Below are positions 40,240 to 50,175 of a stretch of 64,000 bases of DNA, piece by piece; position 1 is the stretch's first letter; every line of letters begins with the position of its first letter. Under the pieces are notes generated by a model. The model was not told where the DNA came from and did not search any database. It saw nothing but the letters and a program-made list of their open reading frames with translations. Source of the stretch: a virus; the IMG/VR virus record IMGVR_UViG_3300037586_005524, positions 19,221 to 83,220 of that record; one strand, given 5' to 3'. The position numbers and the translations under genes are program-made.

Positions 40240-41172
40240 TTAAGATATTATTTCATAAGATACATTTTCTGTTTCAATAGGCCAATTAATTGGGTTCTTC
40301 TTCCAGTTGCCGCACTCATCAATTGGTAACTCCCAATCGCCATTTGCGATTGCTATTTCTTCAATAGAAAATGGTCTATGATCGTGAAATACAAAATCTT
40401 TTTTATCAACCCATTGATAATATAAATTGTCTTTTAGTGCTTCCCAATATAATCCATATCTAACATTTCCTCTCACGCGGCCTTGAGTCCCTCGCGGGTC
40501 TGTAAATATGGCAACAGAAGCTGGAAACCAGGGAACAAAAACTTTTTTACGACCATGAAAATGTGCGTTCCCCATTGTGGAAAAAAGATCTTCAGCATTG
40601 ATGTTTCCATCAACTTTCCAACCTCCCATTGTATCCAAACATTCTTTATTATAAAAACAATCTCCTGCTCCTGGAATAACTTTATGTTTTTGTATTGCAA
40701 AAATAGAATTACTCATTTTATGTTTTTCGTACTGTTCATTTTCTAAACGAACTTTACGTTGGGCGTCTAGCATTACAACAAAAACATCATCCCGAGAATC
40801 TAAGAAGTCAACATATTCATTTAACCAGCCTTTTCTGATAAATTGTGTATCTCCTTGTAACGGGACAATATATTCGCCACTTGCAGTTTGATGAAACAAA
40901 TTTAGTGCTGCTGAGAACTCATCGATAACGTCTTTTATTTTTCCAATATCTTTTTTTTCTTTAGATCTGGTTTCTTCTTGATTAATAATTGTCCAGCCGC
41001 GATCTTTTAATGTTTGCAAATATTCTTGTGTACCCTTTTCTTTACTATTGTCGTCAATGCAGATAAATTCTAATTCATCATCATAATCTTTTACTGACTC
41101 CATTAAAGATTCGGCACAGCTTTTTAAATAAAAAAGTCTGTTATAGTTAACGATCCCAAAAGAAATTTTCAT
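40240..41172 (-). CDS. Glycosyltransferase, GT2/GT-A fold
   Basis: IVNYNR..YLK....SL, IDDNS..GT. Confidence 0.8.
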   Translation of the reverse strand: MKISFGIVNYNRLFYLKSCAESLMESVKDYDDELEFICIDDNSKEKGTQEYLQTLKDRGWTIINQEETRSKEKKDIGKIKDVIDEFSAALNLFHQTASGEYIVPLQGDTQFIRKGWLNEYVDFLDSRDDVFVVMLDAQRKVRLENEQYEKHKMSNSIFAIQKHKVIPGAGDCFYNKECLDTMGGWKVDGNINAEDLFSTMGNAHFHGRKKVFVPWFPASVAIFTDPRGTQGRVRGNVRYGLYWEALKDNLYYQWVDKKDFVFHDHRPFSIEEIAIANGDWELPIDECGNWKKNPINWPIETENVSYEIIS

Positions 41173-41173
41173 A

Positions 41174-42001
41174 TCACTCCTCTCTCATCCCCTCAAATAC
41201 CGTTGTTTTATACTTTGAATTTTCTTCTAATAACATTTCAAAAAATCCTACATCTAGTTTTAAATTTTTTACCATGGCTGCTATAGTTCTTGTATCTTTT
41301 GGCAAACACGGCCCACCAAAACCTCTAAAATCTTCATTGCAGTTCAAATAAACATCATTAATATGATTTCTTTGTGTTATTGTGTTTTTTATTTTAGTAT
41401 AATCGGCGCCGGCGGCCTTGCATACTTCATAAAAGCTATTTGCAAAAGTTACCAAAGTTGCATTATAAATATTATTGAAATATTTAATAAATTCTGCTTC
41501 TAAAGGAGATAGTTGTACAAACTTTTTTGGATAATATCCATGTACATTTTTTAACATTTCATATGTCGAGAAATTATCAGTGCCTATAACACACAAATCA
41601 TGATTATCAATAAAATCTGCAACTGCACATCTTTCTCTAAGAAATTCCGGAATAAAGCATAATTCTAAGTTTGGATACGTTTTTGAAAATTTATTTATAG
41701 TTCCAGGAGCAACTGTAGATTTTATAGCAACAATTCCTTCATAATTATATTCATTTAAATCATCTACTACCATTTCAACAATGTCAGTGTCGCACTCTCC
41801 ATTTTCTTTAGATGGAGTTGGAACACAAACAAAACAGATATCAGTATCAAGCACATCTCTAATAGAAGAATCATATTTTATATCATGCACTCTCATATTA
41901 TGACCTAATTTTTTTAATCCTTCATGGACGGCGGCGCCAACTATGCCGGCGCCAATAATACCAATTTTCATATTATTTTTCTCCAGAAATTTTTGTAACA
42001 A
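41174..42001 (-). CDS. UDP-glucose/GDP-mannose 6-dehydrogenase family, second short-form copy (true start probably MKIGIIG)
   Basis: GAGIVG, CVPTP, KSTVAPG, PEFLRE, GFGGPCLPKD. Confidence 0.9.
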   Translation of the reverse strand: MLQKFLEKNNMKIGIIGAGIVGAAVHEGLKKLGHNMRVHDIKYDSSIRDVLDTDICFVCVPTPSKENGECDTDIVEMVVDDLNEYNYEGIVAIKSTVAPGTINKFSKTYPNLELCFIPEFLRERCAVADFIDNHDLCVIGTDNFSTYEMLKNVHGYYPKKFVQLSPLEAEFIKYFNNIYNATLVTFANSFYEVCKAAGADYTKIKNTITQRNHINDVYLNCNEDFRGFGGPCLPKDTRTIAAMVKNLKLDVGFFEMLLEENSKYKTTVFEGMREE

Positions 42002-42935
42002 TAAAAGTATAAGGACTTGGATGTGAATAAACTATTTTAAGACCTATACTCTGAACAAAATAAGAAATTTCACTAGGATCATAAGTCCATATATATGGAG
42101 TTGTACAATCTTCTAAATGTAGTGCTTCTTCAATTTTTTTTATAGAATATTTTTTACATAATTTTTTAAGGCCGCTTATCATATTCGAGTATTTTGTGTC
42201 TTTAACCAAAAGCATATCTTTTAAGCTTTTTTGTTTTTTTTCATAATGCCATAATTTTCCTATAATTTTTAAAAACTCATAAGTGTTTTCTAAACTTTCA
42301 TTTAAAAATATTTCTCTTATATCCCAAGTGATTTGTGGGACATCGTTATCAGTAAAAAAATTAAAAATTAAAAACCCATTTGGTTTCAGTAAGTGTGACA
42401 AATCTTTTAATGTTTTTTTATAATCGCGTTGATGGTGTAGCGCCATATGATGAATAATCACATCAAATTGTTCTGAATTAAATACATTTGTAATCTCTTC
42501 TATATCTGTCTGCAAAAAACAAAAATTCTCTAAAGGGTTTTTTAAATTATTTAAATTAATAATATTATTAAAAAAAATATTTTCTTCTTTTCTATAAGGA
42601 ATTCTTTTATTTTTAAGGGCCTCGTGGGTCATTTTTGGACCAACATAAGAGCCATCTGCTGCGCACACAAATTTGGCGCCTAATTCAGCCGCAACTATAG
42701 AAAATCTACCAAGGCCCGAGCATGCATCTAAAACTACTTTATCTTTAAAATTTATATTTCCTCCGGAAAACCGCAAAAACTTTTGAATTCGAGATTTTCC
42801 CCAAGAGTCATCAAGGAAATCTCTTGATTGCAGTTCCCACATTCTATCATACAAATCATTATTTTTAGCCTTATTGTTTACATAAACGCCTTTACAATTT
42901 TTTAAAGAATCAAAATCTTTAAATATATTAATCAT
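41973..42935 (-). CDS. Class I SAM-dependent methyltransferase
   Basis: VLDACSGLGRF, FDVII....LHH, LLKPNG. Confidence 0.85.
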   Translation of the reverse strand: MINIFKDFDSLKNCKGVYVNNKAKNNDLYDRMWELQSRDFLDDSWGKSRIQKFLRFSGGNINFKDKVVLDACSGLGRFSIVAAELGAKFVCAADGSYVGPKMTHEALKNKRIPYRKEENIFFNNIINLNNLKNPLENFCFLQTDIEEITNVFNSEQFDVIIHHMALHHQRDYKKTLKDLSHLLKPNGFLIFNFFTDNDVPQITWDIREIFLNESLENTYEFLKIIGKLWHYEKKQKSLKDMLLVKDTKYSNMISGLKKLCKKYSIKKIEEALHLEDCTTPYIWTYDPSEISYFVQSIGLKIVYSHPSPYTFIVTKISGEK

Positions 42936-43857
42936 TTTGTTCTCCTATAGTTTTTGTGAACAAGCCTGCGTACTCTTCAACGAGATTGTGCATGTCATAT
43001 CTTTTAACGTTATTATAGCAAATATTTATATCATTATTAATTGGAAAATACATATTTTTAGGTATATCTACCACACAATTTTTGTTTAAAACCGCAGTAG
43101 CCATGCCCACATCCCTCGATATTATAGGGATTTTCATTGCAGAGGCTTCTAAAATTGCTTGTGGACCTCCCTCTACTCTCGATGCAACTATATATAAATC
43201 ACAACAAGCATACATATCTTTTAATGTTTCTAGTGGCGCCATCTCTATAAAGTGAAAATTAATATTTTCTTCTTCGAGGCGATTAATTATATATTGTCTT
43301 CTCCAACCGCCTAACAACACAAATAAATTGTCTTTATTAATTTTTTTAAGAGTCTCAACGAATAAATCTGGGCCTTTTTCGAGTTTTGGGCTTATTAAGT
43401 CTGAGCCTTCTGTATCCCTCTGAAAGCTTCCAACAACATAAGCATCAGCAGGAATTTTTAATTCTTCTCTAGCTTTATATTTGTCAGTCGGGCTCCATAT
43501 TTTTGAATTATACCAATATCCAATAACCTCTACTGGTTTTTTTGTCATTTTAGAAATAAAATCCTTGGTTTTTTGACAAGGAGTGTGATAACAATCTACA
43601 TATTTGTCTCTTACAAGAAACTCACGAAGAGAGTCTTTACTAAACTTTTCAGGCACAACGTGGTGAATAGTAACTACAACTTTCTTTTCAATAAGAAATT
43701 TTGCTGGTATATTCCTCCAAAGCCACGGACTAATAATCCACAACAAATTTGCATTGTTTAAATTATCTGTATGATATTGTGGTTTAAGTTCTCGCCATTC
43801 CTTGACAATTCTATCAAGAATCCAATTTTCTTTTGGTGCTAGTGAAAAAATCTTCAT
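42928..43857 (-). CDS. Glycosyltransferase, GT4/GT-B fold
   Basis: KGPD, DLYIVASRVEGGPQAILEA. Confidence 0.88.
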   Translation of the reverse strand: MKIFSLAPKENWILDRIVKEWRELKPQYHTDNLNNANLLWIISPWLWRNIPAKFLIEKKVVVTIHHVVPEKFSKDSLREFLVRDKYVDCYHTPCQKTKDFISKMTKKPVEVIGYWYNSKIWSPTDKYKAREELKIPADAYVVGSFQRDTEGSDLISPKLEKGPDLFVETLKKINKDNLFVLLGGWRRQYIINRLEEENINFHFIEMAPLETLKDMYACCDLYIVASRVEGGPQAILEASAMKIPIISRDVGMATAVLNKNCVVDIPKNMYFPINNDINICYNNVKRYDMHNLVEEYAGLFTKTIGEQND

Positions 43858-44719
43858 ATTTTTTTGCTACTTTCCTCATATCATAATCGCTATCATGATT
43901 ATTTTTTATTTTTTTTGTAAAGTCCATTGGTGGTGGTTCATATAATTTTACGGGCTCGAAGTCCCACTCGTCTTCTTTAATAATAATGGCGTTTGGACCT
44001 GCTATTTCTTTTGTTCCACCTGCAGAAGAACATATGATTTGACATCCACTTGCACGAGCATCAACAACAACATTTGGACAGTGATCAAGCCACGCTAAAT
44101 GTATGAAATATTTAGATCTTTTATATAAAGAAATAAGTTGTAAAATGTTTGTGTTGCCAATATAAAAGATTCTATCATCTTTTAAAATATCTTCGTTCTT
44201 TTCGCCGGCGATTACTAAACAATCTTTTTCAGAAGAGTGTTCTAAAAAATAATTCATATTCTCCGACAATCTTTTGTGTGGGCGCCAAGATGAAGCACAG
44301 CACCATACATTTTCATATTTATCTAATCGCGAATTAAAAGAGTGTGGCACTTTATCAATGTATTCAATATCAGCGCCATTGTGTATAACAATGGAATTTT
44401 TATGTTCTCCAAAATATTTTGTTATAAGCTGCTTATTAAAATTTGATTGAAAAATGGCGCCATCAGCACCGTCATAAGTCCTTTTTATGTTTGTATTCCG
44501 TATTCTGTAATTTTGCGCTGTGTTGAAATATATGCCGTCTAATCTTTGAAATAATGGTATATTATCAAAAGTACTTCTATAAGATTCTATAAAACATAAT
44601 CTTGCATCCGGGGCTTTATTTATATCAAAAGTCGTATCTAAGTATTTCATCAATTTTGAAGCAAAGTGGTTTGGCCCAGATGTGCTTCGCAAATCAACGT
44701 TTTCTAAGTGTATATTCAT
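43814..44719 (-). CDS. Glycosyltransferase, GT4/GT-B fold
   Basis: SGPNHF, IHNG, RPHKR, DHCPNVVVDARASG...I....GG..E. Confidence 0.85.
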   Translation of the reverse strand: MNIHLENVDLRSTSGPNHFASKLMKYLDTTFDINKAPDARLCFIESYRSTFDNIPLFQRLDGIYFNTAQNYRIRNTNIKRTYDGADGAIFQSNFNKQLITKYFGEHKNSIVIHNGADIEYIDKVPHSFNSRLDKYENVWCCASSWRPHKRLSENMNYFLEHSSEKDCLVIAGEKNEDILKDDRIFYIGNTNILQLISLYKRSKYFIHLAWLDHCPNVVVDARASGCQIICSSAGGTKEIAGPNAIIIKEDEWDFEPVKLYEPPPMDFTKKIKNNHDSDYDMRKVAKKYEDFFTSTKRKLDS

Positions 44720-46332
44720 ATTCTTGTGTATGGTTTCTTATTTCTGATTATTTGTGCTAATTCAGATTGTTTCTGTGCTTTGATTTTATCTATATTCAAG
44801 GGATTTTCTTTATTATATACGTGCAAAACCTCTGGAATATATTTAGAACGCTCTGAGGCCATTTCTAAAAGTGGCAGCATTATTGCCTGATCGTAGGTCA
44901 TTTCATAATATTTGTTATTGTCTTTCAAATCATTTTTATCTAAATTTTTCCATAGCTTATATTTAAAAGTTCTTAGGTGCGAAGCTCTCCATTGATCTTC
45001 TCTGAAAGAATTTGTTTTAATAACTTCTTCTGGGTATTTAGATGGTTCTACGCCTTGTTGTCCACCTGGATTGTAGATATAGCTACCATAAGTCATTAAT
45101 GTATTATCTTCGTATGCATTGTAAAGCCTGTCTAGGGTTCTAGACGATGCAAACCAATCGTCGCCATCAAGCAAAATATTTACATCGTTATCGTCGCACT
45201 CTAAGCTATCAATTCCTGCTACGATGTTTGCTAATGCATATTTTTTAGTTTTATTTATAATGAGCTTAAATCGATTATCCCCAGATATTTCATCTTTTAC
45301 AATATTTTTTGAATTGTCGGTTGATACATCGTCGATAAGTACACAAGTAAAATTTTTATATTTTTGTTTTTTAATGCTTTTTATACATTTTTTAATCCAT
45401 TTTTCGCAATTATAAAAAGGAACAATAATATTAAATTTAGTTAGACTATCGTTTGCCGTATCTTTTGGCAAATTTAGATAATCTTTTGCAATTTTTTCAA
45501 TCTCATCCCAAAAAATGCTTGTTCTTTGTTTCAAATAGTCTAAAGTTGATTCTTTGTTAGAGAACCATTCTTCATCTTTATGTTGTACATTGGTGTTTAA
45601 AATAAGGTTACAGTTTAAAAGTCTAGCTTCGATGGTCATTCTTGGACAAGTGTCGCCGGCTTTTGGAAAAAATATTATTCCTTTTGATTTGGCCAGCTTC
45701 TTAAGAAGTTCTTTGTGTTCTAGGCCCCAAACTAATTCATAATTTAAATTATTTTTTTCTGCGTATTCTACAGCGTCTTCAACACCTTTAATCCATGATG
45801 AAGAGTTTAATATTAAATACTTATCTTCTTTTTCGCTAACATCAAGCGATTTGATATGTCTTAATGTATTCTCAGAAAAAACAGAACTTAATACTTTATT
45901 ATTAGATTTTTTTAAAAATGGAAAGATTTCTTGATATCTATTCTTTTGTTTGTGTGACATCCACCAGGTCATTTTTGAATTATATAAAAATAAAGAAACA
46001 ATTTTTCCGTTTTTACTATCATGGCAATTGCACTCTCCACCTAAAGAAACATGTTTCCCTGGTGATCGAAAATCACAATATTTATAATCATACTCTAGTA
46101 CGCTATAATTTAAATGTTTGGCAGCATATAATAGACAGTCTTTTGGAACAAACGCAAAGTTTCCAAAAATCCAAAAGGCTTCTTTATGTTTTTCCATCAA
46201 ATGTAGTAGATTTGAGCTTTGGGAGTTTATCCTATTACAAGGAAGTAAACTATCTAGTATTATTGCTTCCGTGGTTAATTCGGCGCCGCCCTCATATTGG
46301 CTAGCAAACATATCTGCTACAAATATGATCAT
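44716..46332 (-). CDS. Two-domain glycosyltransferase (N-terminal GT-B-like plus C-terminal GT2)
   Basis: N-terminal GGAE...KG...DTCPRMTIEA; C-terminal IIVPFYN, IDDVSTD, LDGDD. Confidence 0.85.
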   Translation of the reverse strand: MIIFVADMFASQYEGGAELTTEAIILDSLLPCNRINSQSSNLLHLMEKHKEAFWIFGNFAFVPKDCLLYAAKHLNYSVLEYDYKYCDFRSPGKHVSLGGECNCHDSKNGKIVSLFLYNSKMTWWMSHKQKNRYQEIFPFLKKSNNKVLSSVFSENTLRHIKSLDVSEKEDKYLILNSSSWIKGVEDAVEYAEKNNLNYELVWGLEHKELLKKLAKSKGIIFFPKAGDTCPRMTIEARLLNCNLILNTNVQHKDEEWFSNKESTLDYLKQRTSIFWDEIEKIAKDYLNLPKDTANDSLTKFNIIVPFYNCEKWIKKCIKSIKKQKYKNFTCVLIDDVSTDNSKNIVKDEISGDNRFKLIINKTKKYALANIVAGIDSLECDDNDVNILLDGDDWFASSRTLDRLYNAYEDNTLMTYGSYIYNPGGQQGVEPSKYPEEVIKTNSFREDQWRASHLRTFKYKLWKNLDKNDLKDNNKYYEMTYDQAIMLPLLEMASERSKYIPEVLHVYNKENPLNIDKIKAQKQSELAQIIRNKKPYTRI

Positions 46333-47615
46333 TTATTATTTTCTGCCATTAATTGGGTGAATAGAGCATCAACTTCTTGATCTTCTGCGTCGTTTGAAAT
46401 TAAAGATTTTACTATATCCGTAACTTTTTTGTATTGTTTTTCTGATGTAAAGTTATTGCATATATGCTTTTTAAGTTTTTCTGCTTGCGATTTAAACCTG
46501 CCATAGTCTTTATATACTTCTCTTAATCTCATTTTATATGAACCTTGTTTGGGATAACACCACATTGAATCTTCCACCAATACATTTTTCCAAACAACTT
46601 CTTTTTGAACCGGAGCTAAATCATAATCAACTTTTGCGTAATAAGGTTTATTTTTAATCTTGCCTTTCTTATCCTTTACGGGTATATATAAATAATCTAT
46701 ATGACCGCTCCAATCAGGTGCAATAACTGGTAATCCGTTATACGCCGCTTCAAATATTGGGAGGCCAAATCCTTCTCCATGCGCTAAAGATATTAAAGCT
46801 TTTATTTTATTATGAAAATATAAAGAATTCATTTCCTCTGCAGTAAGATCCCCATGAAGTAAATAAATTTTGCATTTCTTTTGCGGATAATTTTTACTTA
46901 TATTTTTAATTCTCATTTCCGTTTCACGATAATCTATCATGGAGTTATTAACAATATTTACTTTTAATATTAATCCAACTTCTTGATCTATAAATTCTTC
47001 AATAAACCAAGATATTGTATTCTCTAAGTTTTTTCTTGGCGACCATTGTGCATTTACTAAAAAATTAAAATCTGTAGTTAAATTTAAGTTAATTTCTTTC
47101 ACATCAGTTTGTCTAACTGGATAGTGTACTACTTCAATTGGAGTTGTGCAGTGAAAACTCTTATTAACTATTTGCCCTGTTTGATCATTTGTTACTGTAT
47201 AGTTCGTATTAGCATATGAATATTTTGAAAATTGAGAAATTGTGATAATTTGATCGACAAGATTCCCCTTCTCAATCCACACGGGGGCGACGCGAGTTGT
47301 CTCAATGCCGGCAGTAACTCCAATATTTACTGGTGCCGCTTTCTCCCACTCATTTGGTATTGTAACTTGTATCGACATGTCGTAATTTGATGTCGGTGTT
47401 TGTTGTTGATAAGCTGCCGTTTTTGCTATAATAGAATCTAACCAGCGTCTTTCTTCTGTGTCTTCGTATATCCAACCAGTATTACCCCAATTAACAGGAA
47501 TCATATATATATCAAATAAATCTTCGTGTTGTCTTAAAGACCTTAAAATAAAACGAGTGTGTTCACCATACCCACTTCTGGTCAACGCTGGACCTCTTAC
47601 TAAAACTTTTTTCAT
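46329..47615 (-). CDS. Glycosyltransferase, GT4/GT-B fold
   Basis: SGYG, RKN, HGEGFGLPIFEAAYNGLPVIA. Confidence 0.9.
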   Translation of the reverse strand: MKKVLVRGPALTRSGYGEHTRFILRSLRQHEDLFDIYMIPVNWGNTGWIYEDTEERRWLDSIIAKTAAYQQQTPTSNYDMSIQVTIPNEWEKAAPVNIGVTAGIETTRVAPVWIEKGNLVDQIITISQFSKYSYANTNYTVTNDQTGQIVNKSFHCTTPIEVVHYPVRQTDVKEINLNLTTDFNFLVNAQWSPRKNLENTISWFIEEFIDQEVGLILKVNIVNNSMIDYRETEMRIKNISKNYPQKKCKIYLLHGDLTAEEMNSLYFHNKIKALISLAHGEGFGLPIFEAAYNGLPVIAPDWSGHIDYLYIPVKDKKGKIKNKPYYAKVDYDLAPVQKEVVWKNVLVEDSMWCYPKQGSYKMRLREVYKDYGRFKSQAEKLKKHICNNFTSEKQYKKVTDIVKSLISNDAEDQEVDALFTQLMAENNK

Positions 47616-48895
47616 ATTACCTCTTTAAATTCCCATGATTTATAATTTTTTCTGTTTTCCCATGATCCCATTTCATTATAAATGTATGTAAAAAGATTGT
47701 CCCACTTTTTCATAATTTTTTCGCGATTATAAGCAGTAATAACATGTTGGCGGCCTTTTTTGCCCATCTTTTCTCTTTCTTCTTTTGTCATATTATACAT
47801 TTTTTCCATCGCATCAGCTACCTCTTTACCATCAAGACGATCTTCATAAATCCATGGAATTTCTTGAGATCCAATTATTGCTTTTGAAGAAGGTTCGATG
47901 CCGATACCAAACCAATTTTCTCCGTCTGTGACTTGCTCTTGAAGGCCTCCAGTCATTGTTACAATTATTGGTGTCTCGCATGCCAGCGATTCGAATGTTG
48001 CTAAACCAAACCCTTCTGCGTCGGCTATATTAATTGTGCAATCAGCTAAATTATATAATTTGGCTAAAACCTCTGGAGGATACTTTTGTGTAGAAAACAT
48101 TACTTCGCTATTTACCAACCCTATTTCATTTATTATTGCTTCTAAATCTTGACCGTGTTTATCTCTTACATCGGTGTGCATGATTAGTGAGGCTTTATCG
48201 TGGCCCACTCTATCCAAGAAGTCTTTAAACCAAAATATTATACTCCCGCTTTGTTTTCTTCGGGCGTTTCTGTTGTTCCAGAAAAATATAAATTTTTTCT
48301 CGCCATCATTACCGATAAAATTGTTTTTTTCAACTAGGCCGGAGCTTTTAAGATCATCAACTTCTTCTTCAGAGTATTTTTTAAAGATATTTTCATCAAT
48401 AACGTGAGGAATATATTCTTTTTTAACACTAGGTGCAACAATACCAACAACTTTATCGGTAACTTTAGAAATAGTTGCAATATAATCGTTTGATTCATAA
48501 TATTGTTTGTTGAAAGTTGGCGCAGGAAAATTGTCCCAAACATGATAATACACCATTGGAGCAAGAGATCTAATTTCATGTTCCATATGCCAAAGCCAGC
48601 CCCAAAATCGTGGATCAGTCATGAACCACACTATATCTGGTTTTTCAAGCCGAAGTATGCTACGTACCATTTCTTGATTTCCATAGCCATCAATAGGATG
48701 GATCACCCAATCGTCTCCCCATTCTTGCGTTTTCACTATATCATAATTTTCATGCTTCATGGCGCCGCCTAAACTAATAAAACTATATTTTCCAGTTTTT
48801 AGCATGGCTTCAATAATATATTTTGTTTGTGTACCGATACCTGATGGGGAAAAGGGATGGTCACTTAAAGTTAAAATTTTAATTTTTTTATCCAT
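47612..48895 (-). CDS. Glycosyltransferase, GT4/GT-B fold
   Basis: SDHP..PSG, NRNARRK, AEGFGLATFESLACETPII. Confidence 0.9.
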   Translation of the reverse strand: MDKKIKILTLSDHPFSPSGIGTQTKYIIEAMLKTGKYSFISLGGAMKHENYDIVKTQEWGDDWVIHPIDGYGNQEMVRSILRLEKPDIVWFMTDPRFWGWLWHMEHEIRSLAPMVYYHVWDNFPAPTFNKQYYESNDYIATISKVTDKVVGIVAPSVKKEYIPHVIDENIFKKYSEEEVDDLKSSGLVEKNNFIGNDGEKKFIFFWNNRNARRKQSGSIIFWFKDFLDRVGHDKASLIMHTDVRDKHGQDLEAIINEIGLVNSEVMFSTQKYPPEVLAKLYNLADCTINIADAEGFGLATFESLACETPIIVTMTGGLQEQVTDGENWFGIGIEPSSKAIIGSQEIPWIYEDRLDGKEVADAMEKMYNMTKEEREKMGKKGRQHVITAYNREKIMKKWDNLFTYIYNEMGSWENRKNYKSWEFKEVI

Positions 48896-48904
48896 ATATA
48901 CCTC

Positions 48905-49693
48905 TTATGTGCAGTGTTTTGTTTTATAAAATTCACACGTGCCAAATCTTCCATGACAAGACAGCCTGTTTTTAATAAAAATACTTTTATCAATATTATA
49001 AAGCACCTTATTTAAAAAATTAATAGCATTTTGAGTTTTTTTAGGCCCGCTTGTTGCTTTAAAAAGTTCAATATTGTTATTTTTTGCGGTTCTTTTAACT
49101 AGCCCAAAGTATGTTTCAATATTTTTTGGATCTATATTATGTTTTAAAGCAAAATAATATTTGTAAAATGTTAATTGATAAGTGATCATTTTATCTGTTT
49201 TTTTTCTAGAATCCCAACCCCACGAACATGTTTTCCAATCAATAACATGATATTTGCCGTCTTTAGTTTTCAAAACTAAATCAATGAATCCTTTAAAATT
49301 ATATTCTTCTTTTAAAGAAGCTTTTATGGGTTCATATAATTTTTCTTCTACGGAAACAACTTCAAAGTCTCCAAAATATTCTTTCAAAGCATCCATAGAT
49401 AAAGGAGCTAAAATATCTCCTTGTTTTCTTAATTTATCAACTAGTTCTTTATTAAGGTTGTTTTTAACTTCTTCTGGTAATGTCCTCAACTCTTCTAGAA
49501 ATTTATTTTGAAAATATTCTTTTTCATTTATATTTTCTTTAAGTAAAACTTTTTCATATGTCGAATGAATTGCCGTTCCAAAAGCTGTGTATTCATTTCC
49601 TTCAAAACTTTTAATTTTATCAAAATATGTAAGTTTATGCTTCCATGGGCATTCTTTCCAAATTTTCATTTCTGAATAAGATACATGAGCCAT
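48905..49693 (-). CDS. PD-(D/E)XK nuclease (RecB/AddB/Cas4-like, probable Fe-S staple)
   Basis: SYS...CP, GTAIH, GFIDL...VIDWKT, QL.FY, three C-terminal Cys. Confidence 0.88.
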   Translation of the reverse strand: MAHVSYSEMKIWKECPWKHKLTYFDKIKSFEGNEYTAFGTAIHSTYEKVLLKENINEKEYFQNKFLEELRTLPEEVKNNLNKELVDKLRKQGDILAPLSMDALKEYFGDFEVVSVEEKLYEPIKASLKEEYNFKGFIDLVLKTKDGKYHVIDWKTCSWGWDSRKKTDKMITYQLTFYKYYFALKHNIDPKNIETYFGLVKRTAKNNNIELFKATSGPKKTQNAINFLNKVLYNIDKSIFIKNRLSCHGRFGTCEFYKTKHCT

Positions 49694-49702
49694 ATTTGCC
49701 TC

Positions 49703-50164
49703 TTATTTGTTTCCTTTGTTATATGCTTCTAAAATTTCTTTTGTGGTTTGTTTTTTGGCAGGCTTTGGGGCGGCCTTTTTCTTAGTTGTCACACTTTTTG
49801 GGGCGGGTTTCTCTTTTACTGCAGGCTTTTCTTTTACTGCAGGCTTTTCTTTTACTGCAGGCTTTTCTTTTACTGCAGGTTTTGTTTCTTCAACAGGCTC
49901 TTCTTGCGCCTTTGAAAATCTAAATACCCACCTTCCAGTAAAGAAATCGCCATTCCCATTGTCGCTGCGTAAAACATATTTGTTGGGATGTTTGCAATCT
50001 TTTTGTTTAAGATTATATCCTTGTTTATTAAGTTCTTCGAGCACTTTTGTTGTGTCATAATATATTATTCCTTTCCACTCTGGTTGTGCGCGCACAACCA
50101 CATCGGCGTATAATAATTTTTTTTCTGTGTCGATACTAACTTCAAATTTATTTTTCTTTTCCAT
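49703..50164 (-). CDS. Hypothetical protein with Lys/Pro/Ala-rich histone-H1-like tail
   Basis: (KPAVKE)x4 plus KKKAAPKPAKK; AGGAG RBS. Confidence 0.75.
   Translation of the reverse strand: MEKKNKFEVSIDTEKKLLYADVVVRAQPEWKGIIYYDTTKVLEELNKQGYNLKQKDCKHPNKYVLRSDNGNGDFFTGRWVFRFSKAQEEPVEETKPAVKEKPAVKEKPAVKEKPAVKEKPAPKSVTTKKKAAPKPAKKQTTKEILEAYNKGNK
49813..49884. repeat. In-frame 18-bp tandem repeat, about 4 copies
   Basis: cttttactgcaggctttt exact at 49813, 49831 and 49849, near-exact at 49867. Confidence 0.95.
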
Positions 50165-50175
50165 TGTTTTCTCCT

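Noticed and set aside
21181-48895. Ordinary bacterial capsule/O-antigen locus
   Set aside because: Flanked seamlessly by phage genes on the same strand, with no flippase, polymerase, exporter or priming transferase; no integrase or junction seen.
48905-49693. CRISPR-Cas system (Cas4-like nuclease)
   Set aside because: No repeat-spacer array or other cas genes seen; solo Cas4/AddB-like nucleases are common in phages. The nearby 18-bp repeat has no spacers and is in-frame coding.
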